Source of the DNA: an uncultured Actinomycetota bacterium
GTDB taxonomy: Bacteria; Actinomycetota; Actinomycetes; CAVWCF01
Assembly (NCBI GenBank): GCA_963753435.1
Contig: CAVWCF010000001.1
Span: 320,001-384,000 of the forward strand
Length of the DNA: 64,000 nucleotides
Direction: 5' to 3'
Position 1 is the stretch's first letter; every line of letters starts with the position of its first letter. Below, piece after piece: positions 63,898 to 64,000 of this stretch. The notes under the pieces are model-generated. The model worked only from the letters and a program-made list of their open reading frames with translations, ran no database searches and had not been told where the DNA came from. The position numbers and the translations under genes were made by a program.

Positions 63898-63925
63898 ACA
63901 TCGGGCCGGATACGGCCCGCCTTAA
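63898..63925 (-). promoter_or_regulatory. FliA/WhiG-type promoter of pilA1
   Basis: Minus strand TTAAG-N15-CCCGATGT, about 20 nt upstream of the riboswitch. Confidence 0.55.
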
Positions 63926-63977
63926 GGGATCTTGATCACACTTAGATAACGAATGATTGGTTGCCGGAACAGCAGAC

Positions 63978-64000
63978 GGGGCCGCCCCTGGGGCGGCCCC
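63978..64000 (-). terminator. Hairpin at window edge, probably terminator of the upstream gene
   Basis: GGGGCCGCCC-CTG-GGGCGGCCCC. Confidence 0.55.

Noticed and set aside
63925-63940. CRP-like site TGTGA-N6-TCCCT next to the pilA1 promoter
   Set aside because: Second half-site matches poorly; too weak to support

Overview
High-GC actinobacterial chromosome segment (Actinomycetia-type gene order), mostly core genome. From left to right: the suf operon (sufR-sufB-sufD-Rieske-sufC), an ABC-2 exporter, an inserted DUF4397 / class F sortase / SigK-like ECF sigma / RskA-like anti-sigma cassette, ctaA and ctaB, tkt-tal-pgi (no zwf-opcA-pgl), rbpA, secG, gap-pgk-tpiA, uvrC-rapZ-yvcK-whiA, uvrA, uvrB, coaE, rpsA, a three-gene accessory block (lipoprotein hydrolase, membrane protein, heptad-repeat Pip/YhgE-like protein), polA, a branched-chain amino-acid ABC system, an ANTAR regulator, tRNA-Leu(CAA), aroC-aroK-aroB-aroQ-pepQ-efp-nusB, and a type IVa pilus locus (pilA1, pilA2, three minor pilins, pilD, pilMNO, a PilP-like gene). 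The most notable signal is in the pilus locus: the major pilin has a well-formed c-di-GMP-I (GEMM) riboswitch in its leader, and three pil units carry FliA/WhiG-type promoters (TYAAG-N15/16-SCCGAY). This suggests two layers of c-di-GMP control over a monoderm type IV pilus. Isolated indels in tkt, polA, livH and the hydrolase, and a dense cluster of indels in the minor pilins, point to long-read consensus errors that are much more frequent in a probably hypervariable pilin tract. All calls come from reading the sequence and recognising motifs; no database searches were run.
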